A stretch of 64,000 nt of DNA from Macrostomum lignano (Eukaryota), in NCBI GenBank assembly GCA_002269645.1, contig NIVC01000406.1:384724-448723 (forward strand), read 5' to 3'. How positions within the stretch are numbered: the stretch's first letter is position 1; each line of letters begins with the position of its first letter. The position numbers and the translations under genes are program-made. The notes under the pieces are model-generated. The model had not been told where the DNA came from. It worked only from the letters and a program-made list of their open reading frames with translations, and ran no database searches. Positions 23,993 to 35,600 of the stretch are shown here, piece by piece.

Positions 23993-25207
23993 ATGGAGCT
24001 GCTGTTTTATCTCGGCGTCCTGCTGCCCACACTCGTGGTTATCGTTGCCTTCATCGTTTTCCTGCTGTGCTGGTTCCGGCTTGCCGCTCGCCTGCCATTC
24101 TGCAAGGACAGGCGCGGGAGTCAGACGGCGGAGCAGCAGCAGCAGCCGCAGCAGCAGCAGCCGCAGCACACGATGCCGCCGTTGCCTCCTGTTCCGCAGC
24201 AGCCGACTCTGGCCGCCGGTCAGCACCGCGGCCCGCACCAGACCATCAGCTTGGACCAGCTGCACCAGCAGACGCAGCAGCACCCCGTGTACGCTCTGGA
24301 TGAAGATGGCCGGCTGCTGTGGGACAAATACACTGTGCGCGACTCCATGCACTCGCTGTACTTTGGCGACCGGCCCCAGCCAGCGATCCCGGGCTCTGTC
24401 ACTTTCCCGGCTTTGGCCGGCTTCCCAGCGCTTCAGCACCACAGTCAGATGCTTTATCAGCAGCAGCAGCAGCAGCAGCCGCAGCAAAAGCAACAGCAGC
24501 AACAAAGTCAGCAGCACCACTCGTCGAAATTCGCCAAGAGTGCCTCCTGCCTGTTTCAAACTGGAAGGCAAACAGTTCGACAGCCGCCTGGCATGGTTTC
24601 GTCGACTTCGACGTCGTCAGCCTTCGGATTTCGCCAGACGCAGCCTCCGCCCCCGCCACATCATCCTCCGCCGCCGCCACCACCACAACCGCCCCCGTCG
24701 GTTCCACAGCAGCACCCGGCTTCAACAATGATCACAGCCATCCCCGGTGGACGGCGCCGACTGCAGAAGAGCAGCTCCATGGAGCAACCCGGGGGTCATG
24801 GCGGTGGCAACGCGCCAGACGACGAGGAAGACGGCACGGGCCAGTACCAGCTGACCTATTCCGCCTTCGCCCGCACCCGCACCACTGCAGGCCGCGATCA
24901 CTCCGACCACAGACTGTTCGGCGCAGCCGCAGGCAAAGGTGGCAGCGGCAGCGGCGGCGGCACCTCGCGGGACAATTCTGCGGGAACCTCGGATCCGCGG
25001 ACGCCCTCCGAGTCCGCGTCCGAATCCGAGCGAAGCCATCTGGTCCGGCCGCTGCCGCTGAGGACATTGCAGCACCAGCACCAGCTCCAGTTCCAGCCCC
25101 AGTTCCAGCACCCGCTGCCACCTAATCGAGCGAACCCGGCGAACGTTCTGGACGACGTTCACTCCAGTCCAGAGTCCTCGCCAGTCATCGGTGAGTCATC
25201 GACCTGA
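23993..25207 (+). CDS. Orphan 404-aa protein: N-terminal TM anchor, Gln/Pro/Ser-rich cytoplasmic tail
   Basis: Long ORF with GC3-rich codons; LLFYLGVLLPTLVVIVAFIVFLLCWF followed by basic residues; strong splice acceptor (pyrimidine tract + CAG at 23977-23979) 13 nt before the ATG. Confidence 0.75.
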   Translation: MELLFYLGVLLPTLVVIVAFIVFLLCWFRLAARLPFCKDRRGSQTAEQQQQPQQQQPQHTMPPLPPVPQQPTLAAGQHRGPHQTISLDQLHQQTQQHPVYALDEDGRLLWDKYTVRDSMHSLYFGDRPQPAIPGSVTFPALAGFPALQHHSQMLYQQQQQQQPQQKQQQQQSQQHHSSKFAKSASCLFQTGRQTVRQPPGMVSSTSTSSAFGFRQTQPPPPPHHPPPPPPPQPPPSVPQQHPASTMITAIPGGRRRLQKSSSMEQPGGHGGGNAPDDEEDGTGQYQLTYSAFARTRTTAGRDHSDHRLFGAAAGKGGSGSGGGTSRDNSAGTSDPRTPSESASESERSHLVRPLPLRTLQHQHQLQFQPQFQHPLPPNRANPANVLDDVHSSPESSPVIGESST

Positions 25208-26525
25208 CGGGAGGTTCAATCATCGCTGGCGGAGGCCTTGAACTTTTGACTATAGCCGGCCAAGACACTGCACAGTCCATCCATACAGCTTCTATCGCGA
25301 CTGTCTCCTCTTTTGATGTTGGCGCCAATTATCTGTTTTAATCTTAACCCATTGTGAGTGTCTACCTCTCGCATACGAGCCTGAATGCTGATTCGCTTTG
25401 GTCACAATCGCTGCACTGCTTGTAATGAACTGTTTAATTTTGTATCCTATTGATGTCCTGTTTAAGGGCTACAGAATGGCGTGCGATCTCTTGGGAAGTT
25501 AATAAGTATATATTTTCCGAACTGTATATAAAGCTAGGCAAACATGTGAGCCTAATTAACACTTTCTGAGTCCTCACTAGCAACTGCATCTTAGCCTTAA
25601 CCTTTGAAAGCCCTGCCTAACTCAAAACGCTTTCAAGATTTGAGAAGTGCCGCGTCGTTCTACTTAAACAGTCCTTCGCCTTTCCTGCTTGGGTTAAATA
25701 ATCTCTAGCTCTGCTCTAAACTCGGAATACCGTATACGTAGAGAAGGGAGTTTTGATGCACAGACAATGCATGGTTAGCTCAGCTTTATATTATTTTCAT
25801 TACACGACTGACTCCATACGGCTGCTCCAGCGACACCTCTTCAGCCTCTCTGCTTCATCTCTGCTCTATCTCCCTTTCAATAGTCTATTAGTGCAATCCG
25901 CCCACCGGCTCGTTCAGGCCGGCCCACAGCCTCCCTGCTGCCTCTCTTCGCACCCTCTCTCTCTCTGTCAAGAAGGTTTTATTTACTCAGCGCCGTGTCT
26001 GTGCAGTGCGCAACGCCTAACAACTAATTACGAGCGTCTGGGCACCCGCTGTCTGCTGTAGCTAACTGTACTCGGAGCGCCCTGCATTTGCCGCACCTCT
26101 CTCCCTACCGTCTCTATCGCTCTCTGTCTCTTCTAGTAGCAGAAATTTTTTTTGTCGCAGCCGAGTGCCATATGGGCTGGTAGCAATGCTATGCTAGCCC
26201 CTCACTTTCCCACAGTGCGCAGTTGCTGCTGCTGCAACCGATTCGTTTCGAGGTCGGGCCGCATCAGTTGCAACTGTAGACTGTGCTAGCCTGCAAATCG
26301 TTGATCCCCACTGGCCCCTTTGTCTCTCCCAGTCTCTGTACTGCTGAGCCTGTGTACAAATATATCATACTGTGCGCAAACCGGCAGCTTCTTCATTTGA
26401 TGGCCTATTTATGCTGGTAAAAATATTGAGCAAATTATGACTGTTGAAGAGATGAGAGTGCCAATGAGTTTTTAGAGTTGTAAACTTTTCATGCGCTCTC
26501 GCAAAAATCTGCCAGTCGGCTCGCA

Positions 26526-27733
26526 TGCCCGATCCATGATCTCACTGAGATCCACACTGTATTGAATGCCCGATCCATGAGCTCACTGAGATCCACACTG
26601 TATTGAATGCCCGATCCATGAGCTCACTGAGATCCACACTGTATTGAATGCCCGATCCATGAGCTCACTGAGATCCACACTGTATTGAATTCCCGATCCA
26701 TGAGCTCACTGAGATCCACACTGTATTGAATTCCCGATCCATGATCTCACTGAGATCCACACTGCATTGAATGCCCGATCCATGAGCTCACTGAGATCCA
26801 CACTGTATTGAATTCCCGATCCATGAGCTCACTGAGATCCACACTGTATTGAATTCCCGATCCATGAGCTCACTGAGATCCACACTGTATTGAATGCCCG
26901 ATCCATGAGCTCACTGAGATCCACACTGTATTGAATTCCCGATCCATGATCTCACTGAGATCCACACTGTATTGAATGCCCGATCCATGAGCTCACTGAG
27001 ATCCACACTGTATTGAATGCCCGATCCATGAGATCCACACTGTATTGAATGCCCGATCCATGAGATCCACACTGTATTGAATTCCCGATCCATGAGCTCA
27101 CTGAGATCCACACTGTATTGAATGCCCGATCCATGAGATCCACACTGCATTGAATGTCCGATCCATGAGATCCACACTGTATTGAATGCCCGATCCATGA
27201 GATCCACACTGTATTGAATGCCCGATCCATGAGATCCACACTGCATTGAATGTCCGATCCATGAGATCCACACTGCATTGAATGTCCGATCCATGAGATC
27301 CACACTGTATTGAATGCCCGATCCATGAGATCCACACTGTATTGAATGTCCGATCCATGAGATCCACACTGCATTGAATGTCCGATCCATGAGATCCACA
27401 CTGTATTGAATGCCCGATCCATGAGATCCACACTGTATTGAATGCCCGATCCATGAGATCCACGCTGTATTGAATGTTCGATCCATGAGATCCACACTGT
27501 ATTGAATGTTCGATCCATGAGATCCACACTGTATTGAATGTTCGATCAATGAGATCCACACTGTATTGAATGTTCGATCAATGAGATCCACACTGTATTG
27601 AATGCCCGATCCATGAGATCCACGCTGTATTGAATGTCCGATCCATGAGATCCACACTGTATTGAATGTTCGATCCATGAGATCCACACTGTATTGAATG
27701 CCCGATCCATGAGATCCACACTGTATTGAATGG
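26526..27733. repeat. Minisatellite with 41-bp and 32-bp unit variants
   Basis: GATCCACACTGTATTGAATGCCCGATCCATGA (32 bp), with or without GCTCACTGA (41 bp). Confidence 0.97.
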
Positions 27734-28489
27734 TTTACAAAGCAGAGTTCACCTGGACGTCGCTGCTGATTTTTGGTCTGTTTTAAAAGCTGCACTAGCA
27801 CTCGGTGCCCTGAAAGCCCTTAGATAAGCAAAATGCGAGTCCCAGATTACTAAATTGACACAATCCATTGGCCAGGTTAACCCTGAGACCCTGCGTCGCG
27901 TGGAATCAGTGAAGTGGGTGAGCAAACAATTTTTGAAACCGCGGCTGAGTCATCGCAGAAGTTTTTTCAAGGCAAGAATTCCTACTGAAATTCCCACTTT
28001 TGTTTGCACCTCCAGTTTCCTAATCTTTCATTCCTCAATTCAAATCGACTGGGCAAACCTCTAGGCGTGCTGCCCGACTCCCGACTCGCTGACCTCAGGA
28101 AGTTTTGATGACCCTTCCAGATTCATAAGCTCATCATTTAGAAGCCTATTTTTCAAATACACCACCTTGGCTTGTTTCATTTCGGCTTCTTTAGCTGCTG
28201 CTCACAGATTCTCTGCTTTCATTGTTAGCAAATGAGAGCCGCCTCCTATTGAATTGGTTGGGCTTCTCCTGACACCTTCAAGAGCGAGGATGTGAGCTGG
28301 CTTGCCGCATCGATCCACTTATGCGCTGAGCTGTCAGCCAGGGCTGAGAGCAGTCCGGACTGCCTCACAATGGATGGCGGCATTGAGCGCGGCAGAAAAA
28401 GCCGCTTCCTGGGTTTTACAAATGGGTTGAGTGTCTTTTTCATGGACTCTGCCGCCTCAGCATAGGATCAGCGCATTGAATAAAGTCAT

Positions 28490-28875
28490 CTGTCAAGCCT
28501 CCAAGTCAGTCCTGCAGTGCAGGCATCCAACATCCAAGTCAGTCCTTCAGTGCAAGCATCCAAGCATTCAAGTCAGTCCTGCAGTGCAGGCATCCAAGCA
28601 TCCAAGTCAGTCCTGCAGTCACTCAAGCATTCAAGTCAGTCCTGCAGTCACCCAAGCATCCAAGTCAGTCCTGCAGTCACCCAAGCATCCAAGTCAGTCC
28701 TGCAGTCACTCAAGCATTCAAGTCAGTCCTGCAGTCACCCAAGCATTCAAGTCAGTCCTGCAGGCATCCAAGCGTCCAAGTCAGTCCTGCAGGCATCCAA
28801 GCGTCCAAGTCAGTCCTGCAGGCATCCAAGCACCCAAGTCAGTCCTGCAGTGCAGGCATCCAATCATCCAAGTTT
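28490..28875. repeat. Degenerate minisatellite of about 25 bp (CAAGTCAGTCCTGCAG core)
   Basis: Repeated CCAAGTCAGTCCTGCAG... units. Confidence 0.9.
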
Positions 28876-29608
28876 AGTCCTATTGACCGACTTTCCATGA
28901 ACAAGATAGACTGAAAAGTGAGTAAAGAATTAATCAACACATTAACAAGCCAGCATAACTGTTAAGGAAGGATTCTGGGAAGTCTTCGGCATTAGCAGCA
29001 GTCCTTGTATAGTTTCATACCGCTGCTAACGCAGTTTTATTTATTAGTTTTACAAAACCGAAACCATTTTTCCTGGTGAAAATCTGAACATCAATACGCG
29101 TCTGATGCGGCTGTACCAGTAGTGTCATAGGAAAGCGCGCCTAAGGTCTTTCAATAATGAGCAAAGGTGAGTGATTCGGTAATAGTAGGGAATTAAACCT
29201 AGAATTTATGAACGGATTCTAAAGAGAAAAAGGAACCTCACTAAGCAGCTGATGACTCGCTTGAATTGCCTTGTATTATACGTACAAGTATGGCTATTAT
29301 AGTTTAGATGTACATGTATTGGTGATGATAAATTTCAAGGTGCTAAATTTCGATTTGATCTGAAAATGGCTATTAGCATTCAATTCAGAGCAGACAACAT
29401 GAATAACATTTGTTCCAATTGATAAGCCTGCTATAAAGAAAATATAGTGAGGGAAGTACTGTGAAGCGTATTGTTGAGTTTTTTGTGAATTCGAGATACA
29501 TTAAATATCCTAGCGACTGTTCATTCTTCATTCTAATTTTGGGCGCGTAAAGCAGAACTAATATTCACTCAAAGATGTAAATGAGATGCTGGCGATGGCA
29601 ATGAAGAC

Positions 29609-32600
29609 TCAGTGATGATGCTGCTGCTGATCGTCAACGCCAAAGAAGTCCTCGATCCAGTCGAGCACCTGGCGAACTTTCTCTCTGCTTCCACCACCGC
29701 CGCCGCCGCCTCCACCTCCGCCAGTCTTTTTGGCGGTCTGCGAACAATTTTAACGATTTACCTTTAATCTTTTGTCGCAAGAAGTACCTGGATAAACAAT
29801 AACACACTAAAATGTTTGAATTACCTGCTTCTTCTGCTTCTGCTTCTGCTTTTTGGCGGCGCAGTCTTCTTTACTGCGGCATTTGTGCTCTCCGGCAGCG
29901 GGCGAGTCGCCGTCGACACTGTCTGGCACTCCGTCACCGTCGTCGTCCTGGTCGATAACGTCTGGCACACCGTCACCGTCGGAGTCAACGAGCTCCTGGT
30001 TGTCTGGAACTCCGTTCGTGTTCTCGTCCTCCTCGTCGTTGGGTATTCCATCGCCGTCGGAGTCATCGTCGTCCTGGTCTGGGATGCCATCGTTGTCATC
30101 GTCCGTGTCAACAAGGTCGATGATTCCGTCCTTGTCCGTGTCTTCCATCTCGAGGTAGTCAGGAACCTGGTTACGGTTCTCGTCCTCAAACTCGTCCGGG
30201 ATGCCTAAGAACGAGAAGAAATATAAATAAATTTTCGTAGGATGGGTGCAGGAACCCTGGAGCAATGCCTTTTACGACATCGTCCTACAACCAGCGCCGA
30301 GGCAATTCTGCCTATTCCACTGACTTCTGAGCACATTCAAGCGCGTCAATACTGTGCGCAGTAATATAATAATAATTGGACCTCTTGGTTGTGTATCGCA
30401 CGACAACCCCGGCATTTTTGTGCCAAATGAATTTGGTCGCGCACAGAATTAAACCAGAGGTCGTGATGCAAGAAACAGACGCGTTTTCGGTGACCTGCTC
30501 TGCCCCAGATAGCATTGGAAGAGAAATCCTGAGCAGAATCACAGAAGATTTTTAAAGTCGTTCTTTTTCAAATTCTTCAAACCAACCACCTGCCTAGAGA
30601 CCCGAACAAACCGTCATTGTCATCGTCCGTGTCGTCTTCGTCGCTGACACCGTCGCCATCGTCGTCGTCATCCTCAATATCGGGAACACCGTCGCCGTCG
30701 GTGTCGCGAGCCTCTAGCAGGTCGATAATGCGGTTGGCGTTCTCGTCCTCAAACTGATCCAGAATGCCATCGTTGTCGTCGTCGGGGTCTGTGGAATTCA
30801 AAGTGGAGCGGTGCTATTTTGCCTCTCCAAGTTTAACAATGCCGCCACCTCAAAACTGTTTCTAGGAAAGGAATGTCAGCTTGCAAAAAAAACTCAGATA
30901 TTCTCGTGCATGGAGTTTGCGGTTGAATGCCCGATGTACGTTCATATGTCAAAAGCAACTGCAAAGTAAGTGGAGATCCTTCAAGCTTTGCGCTTATTCT
31001 CCTAAAAATGCATCTAGAAAAGGCTGCGCCACAAAAATAAGCTGAGGAAAAAGCCGATTGACAGCCAGCCACTCGGAAATAAACTCGGTGCAGCAGGTCG
31101 CGCTAGCCTCACCCAGGTAGTCTGGAATGCCGTCGTTGTCATCGTCGGTGTCCAGCAAGTCGATGATGCCGTCCCCATCGGTGTCCTCTCTCTCCAACTG
31201 GTCTGGCACGCCGTTTCTGTTCTCGTCCTCGAACCTGTCCTCGATCTTGTCTCCATCGTCATCCGTGTCGGCTGCGTCTGGTACGCCGTCGTTGTCATCG
31301 TCGTCGTCGTTGACAAAATCCTGCTTTCCATCACCGTCGGAGTCTTTGGCCTCCAGGATGTCCACTCGGCCGTTCTTATTTTCGTCCTCGAACTGGTCGA
31401 GAATTCCATCGTTGTCATCATCGGGGTCCAAGTAGTCTGGCACGCCGTCATTGTCGTCGTCAGTGTCAAGGACATCGATCACTCCGTCGCCGTCGGTGTC
31501 TTCCTGCTGCAAATAGTCCGGGACGCCATCCCGATCCTCATCCTCGGTCTTATCGGTAATCTTGTCACCGTCGTCATCCTTGTCCTTGGAATCTGCGACG
31601 CCATCATTGTCATCGTCATCGTCCTGAGCATCCGGGATGCCATCACCGTCACTGTCCTTTGATTGCAGAAGGTCGGACATGCCGTCTTCATTGTTGTCTT
31701 CCGCAGCGTCTGGAACACCGTTTCCATCGGCGTCGCGATCGAGGTAGTCGGCAATGCCATCGCTGTCGCTGTCAGCCAAGGCCTTCTTGCTAGGCTGCTT
31801 TGCAGGCTTCTTCGCCGCGTTCTTTGGCTTCGCTCTTGCGGCTGGCTTTTGTTTATAGTCTAGCGGGATTGCGCAAAAAATATTTTTAGGCATGATTTTT
31901 TCATCTCCTCTTAAATACAAAATATGGACTGTTTTGCATTCACGGAAAGGCAACCGTCACCAATAGCACGGTATGTATAGAAAACTCGAATTCATGTCGG
32001 AACTCCGTCACCAAAAGCAGTGTGTTGCCACGCATGCGGCAATAAATGTAATAAATAGCTCATAAGTAAAATATGACTCCTAATTCCGTAAGCTAACCAA
32101 CTTTCTCGCTTCAAACAAATTTATGTCGTACTGTAATCAGTGTGGTATTGGTGTTTTGAGCTATTTAGTTAAGCGTGCTTTAAGACACTAAGAGACAGGA
32201 GAAATTACCAGAGTCTTTGTCCTTGTGGTCTGAAAATCAAGTTATTCAACGCGCATCAGTAAAAAAAATAGGGAATATGAGTATGAGTATCTTTAAAAGT
32301 TCCTCCCGGTTTTAAGGGACCAATCAGTTAAATGACGTTGAACAAAAAGTTCCTACCTGGAATTCCGTCGCCGTCTGAGTCTTTCAGGTAATCGGGCTGC
32401 CCATCTCCGTCCAGATCGAGCTCCAGATAGTCTATGATGGATATTAAAATCAATATCGTGCTCGAAATTGCATAGGCGAGGGGTGATCAAAAAGTTCTGC
32501 AAGGGACCTCACAACTCAGTGTTACAGCAGCCACGGCGTCTAATCAGCGTCACATTCCCTCAAAGTACTTTCCACCACTATCTATGCACCATCGCAATGC

Positions 32601-35600
32601 GTATGCACCATATCTGAAAGCAGTCATGGTACTCCAGAGTTGGTATACCCTGTAGAGCTGAATGTATCGCTTGGGCAAGGTCTTGTATGTGCGAAAACGG
32701 CCTCCCAGAAATGATGGATTTGATCCTCGGGAACAGCCAAAAGTTGCATGGTGCTAGGTCTGGAGAGTACGGCCTGTATTTATATATTAACATGCACGCT
32801 GTGAGAAAAATTGGATGTTAGATTATTGCGTAACGCGTTTTTCGCAAATCAACGTGCCCGACGGGCCGCACACTGAACATAGAGTTAAGTATGGTCGCGC
32901 ACCCACAACAGATGGGGCAGCAGCCGGACCCCCTGCTGCTCCAGGTACGCCATGGTTGAGGCTGCTCTGTGCGGTGCCGCATTGTCATGGTGCAGCAGGA
33001 GTCGAGGTCCATGCCTGGTTCGCGCACGTTCCTGCCGCTCCTGCAGCATGCCTGGCAGAACAGTGTCTGTGTAGTACCTGGCAGTCACTGTGGCACCCGC
33101 TGGAAGGATGTTCACCGAAACAACACCCTGAGAGTTGAAAAAATGGTGAATATCCGCTTCCGACTGCGGAATCCGGTCTTCAGCACCTTGGGCCTCGGGC
33201 TCATCTTCTGCCAGCCAGACCATGTTGAACTGCTTATCCTTCATGGTAAAAGAAGGAGATCCAACATTCGTCTCCTGTGATGAAATCCGACAGTCGTCGT
33301 GAGCCGTGGGTCTCAAACATTTGCACCCACAAGCGACAGATGTGCATCCTCTCTGCTTGCTGCTCCGGAGTGAGAAGATGGGGTACCCACCGAGCGCAGG
33401 TCTTTGTGCGGCCCAGTTGCTTATGCATGATGTTATGAGCACTTACATAGCTGACATCAAGCTCATAGGCAAGAAATCTCAGCATAATGCTCCAATCCTC
33501 ACGAATTATTGCATCGGCATGGGCCACGACATCTTCGGTCACGGATGTCCGGGGTCGGCCAGACCTCGGTTCATCGTTGAAGCTGTCCCGGCGTTCCAAG
33601 AAATGGCGCAGCCGGCGGGCAACCGTGTCAAATGATGGAGCAGAGTCAGCTAAAACATTCACCAGATCGGTATGAATCTCAGTAGTCACTTTGCAACCAA
33701 GTTGCATGCGCATAAAGATATAGAAGCGAACACTGTCTTTTGATGTTTCCATCAGCTACTGAAAACACATGGAAAATATACGGCTGTGAAATTTGACTGG
33801 AGCACATTTGAAAGCCAAAAATGCATATAAATATAGCAAAGAGATATAGCCGCATATGTGTAAGTTTTTGGCTTCTGCCGATTCTATAACTAAAAGCTAT
33901 AACAAAAGGTTGCAGAACTTTTTGATCAACCCTCGGAATAGATAATCGGATCAGACCAGTGCCTACCTGGGATGCCGTCTCCGTCCTCATCTTCCAGATA
34001 GTCGGGAATTCCGTCGCCGTCCGAGTCGCCCTCAAGATAATCTGGAATTAGCATCATCGTCCGGTGTTGTTGCATTGTGAAAGGAATTCGAGGTTAGCGG
34101 ATGCTTAAGTAGATATCTAAACTGCCGAAACATTTGGCTCACCCAAGTTGATCACCTGGAGGATGCAAAAGAAGAGCAAAGTACGCCTAGATACTGTTGA
34201 ATGCTCAGAAAACAGCACTGCAAGTCATACGATTTCAGTTAGTCGCAACTTAATCAATCGATTAGCATGCAATCCGCAGAGACGCTTTTGCCGATAATTT
34301 CCAATCCAGTCATGAAAATGAGAAAATTTGATTTCGAAATGAGTCGTGCAGCCGTTGTACAAGCGAAGGTCATGTGAAAGTCATGGCTCGGGGTCGCAAG
34401 GTAAGGTTTAACCGTTTGTGGTCCCATGTCAAGGTGAGTTCATTTTCTCCCATTCCAACAAACGGCGCCCGACTCACTCGGGATGCCATCGCCATCATCG
34501 TCTTCAAGGTAGTCGGGAATCCCGTCCCCGTCAGAGTCGCCCTCGAGGTGGTCTGGTAGCCGGTTGGGGATACGGTGCTAGCTCGTGTTATAGTCTGCTC
34601 TTTTCAATTGGAACTTTTTTGAATTGCCCAGATCTCAATCTACCTGGAATCCCATCTCCATCTTCGTCTTCCAGATGATCAGGTATTCCATCTCCGTCGG
34701 AGTCTTTGTCCAAATGGTCGGGAATGCCATCGCCATCCGAGTCCTCAAGATGGTCGGGGATTCCATCTCCGTCGGAGTCTTTGTCCAAATGGTCGGGAAT
34801 GCCGTCGCCATCCGAGTCCTCAAGATGGTCGGGGATCCCATCTCCGTCGGAGTCGCGTTCCAGGTAATCTAGCAAGAAATAAAGCAGGACAACCATTTCA
34901 GCTGTGGCACTACATGAAATCTCATTGAGAAACCCCAGTGACAACCGCTAGGGGAAGGAAAAATATGGATCAAACTTTTTCGCCCTTTCCGACGAACTAA
35001 CTTTCAAAGTCATCCGACGTCAGAATCGTCGAGATATTCAACGATTCCTGTCGAAGACACTGGTGGCAAGGACAACCAACACTACACTGTATAAACCCTT
35101 ATGATGAATCCATATTGGCTCAACAATCTGAGTCCATCTGTTGTAGAAGCCTTTGTTCTCAGCATCCCAGGCACCAGGGTCCCCTTCATCACCGTCTGGA
35201 GCATCGGCGGCGACCGTCGAGACCTTCAACAAAAGCACCCGATCGGCATCTCAGAGACAGCTGCGTTCCCAAAAACTGAAATGGAAGAATCCTCTTCTGC
35301 AGGCAGCATTCAGTCAGTAGACACAATCGGTGAATGAAATGGACGACGGCGACCCTCTAGGCTGACATGTAGACATACAAGCGACCTTCTGGACCTTCAA
35401 CGGAGTGCCACCACGCGGCCCCGACAAGCCGGCACCCCCAACATCGTGATTCCTCTTTCAAGGCACCAAACCAGGCATGTCTGCGTATTACACAATGATC
35501 CTGCACCATGTTCAGCATTCAGCTCTGTCTGGACGACCTTCGGGACCTTCCGAGTGCACCTTGCGGCCCCGACGAGCTGACACCGCCAACATCTTGATTT

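Noticed and set aside
23736-25162. Alternative-frame and antisense ORFs over the 404-aa gene, and similar shadows over the cyclase, tektin, RASSF-like, CYP and Asp-rich genes
   Set aside because: They are expected shadows of GC-rich coding sequence with no independent motifs.
29762-29787. 26-nt micro-exon ending VLLATKD* as the terminal exon of the Asp-rich gene
   Set aside because: It has AG/GT boundaries but needs 37- and 24-nt introns. The direct 29825 to 29737 splice gives a longer, motif-consistent C-terminus. Not excluded as a minor isoform.
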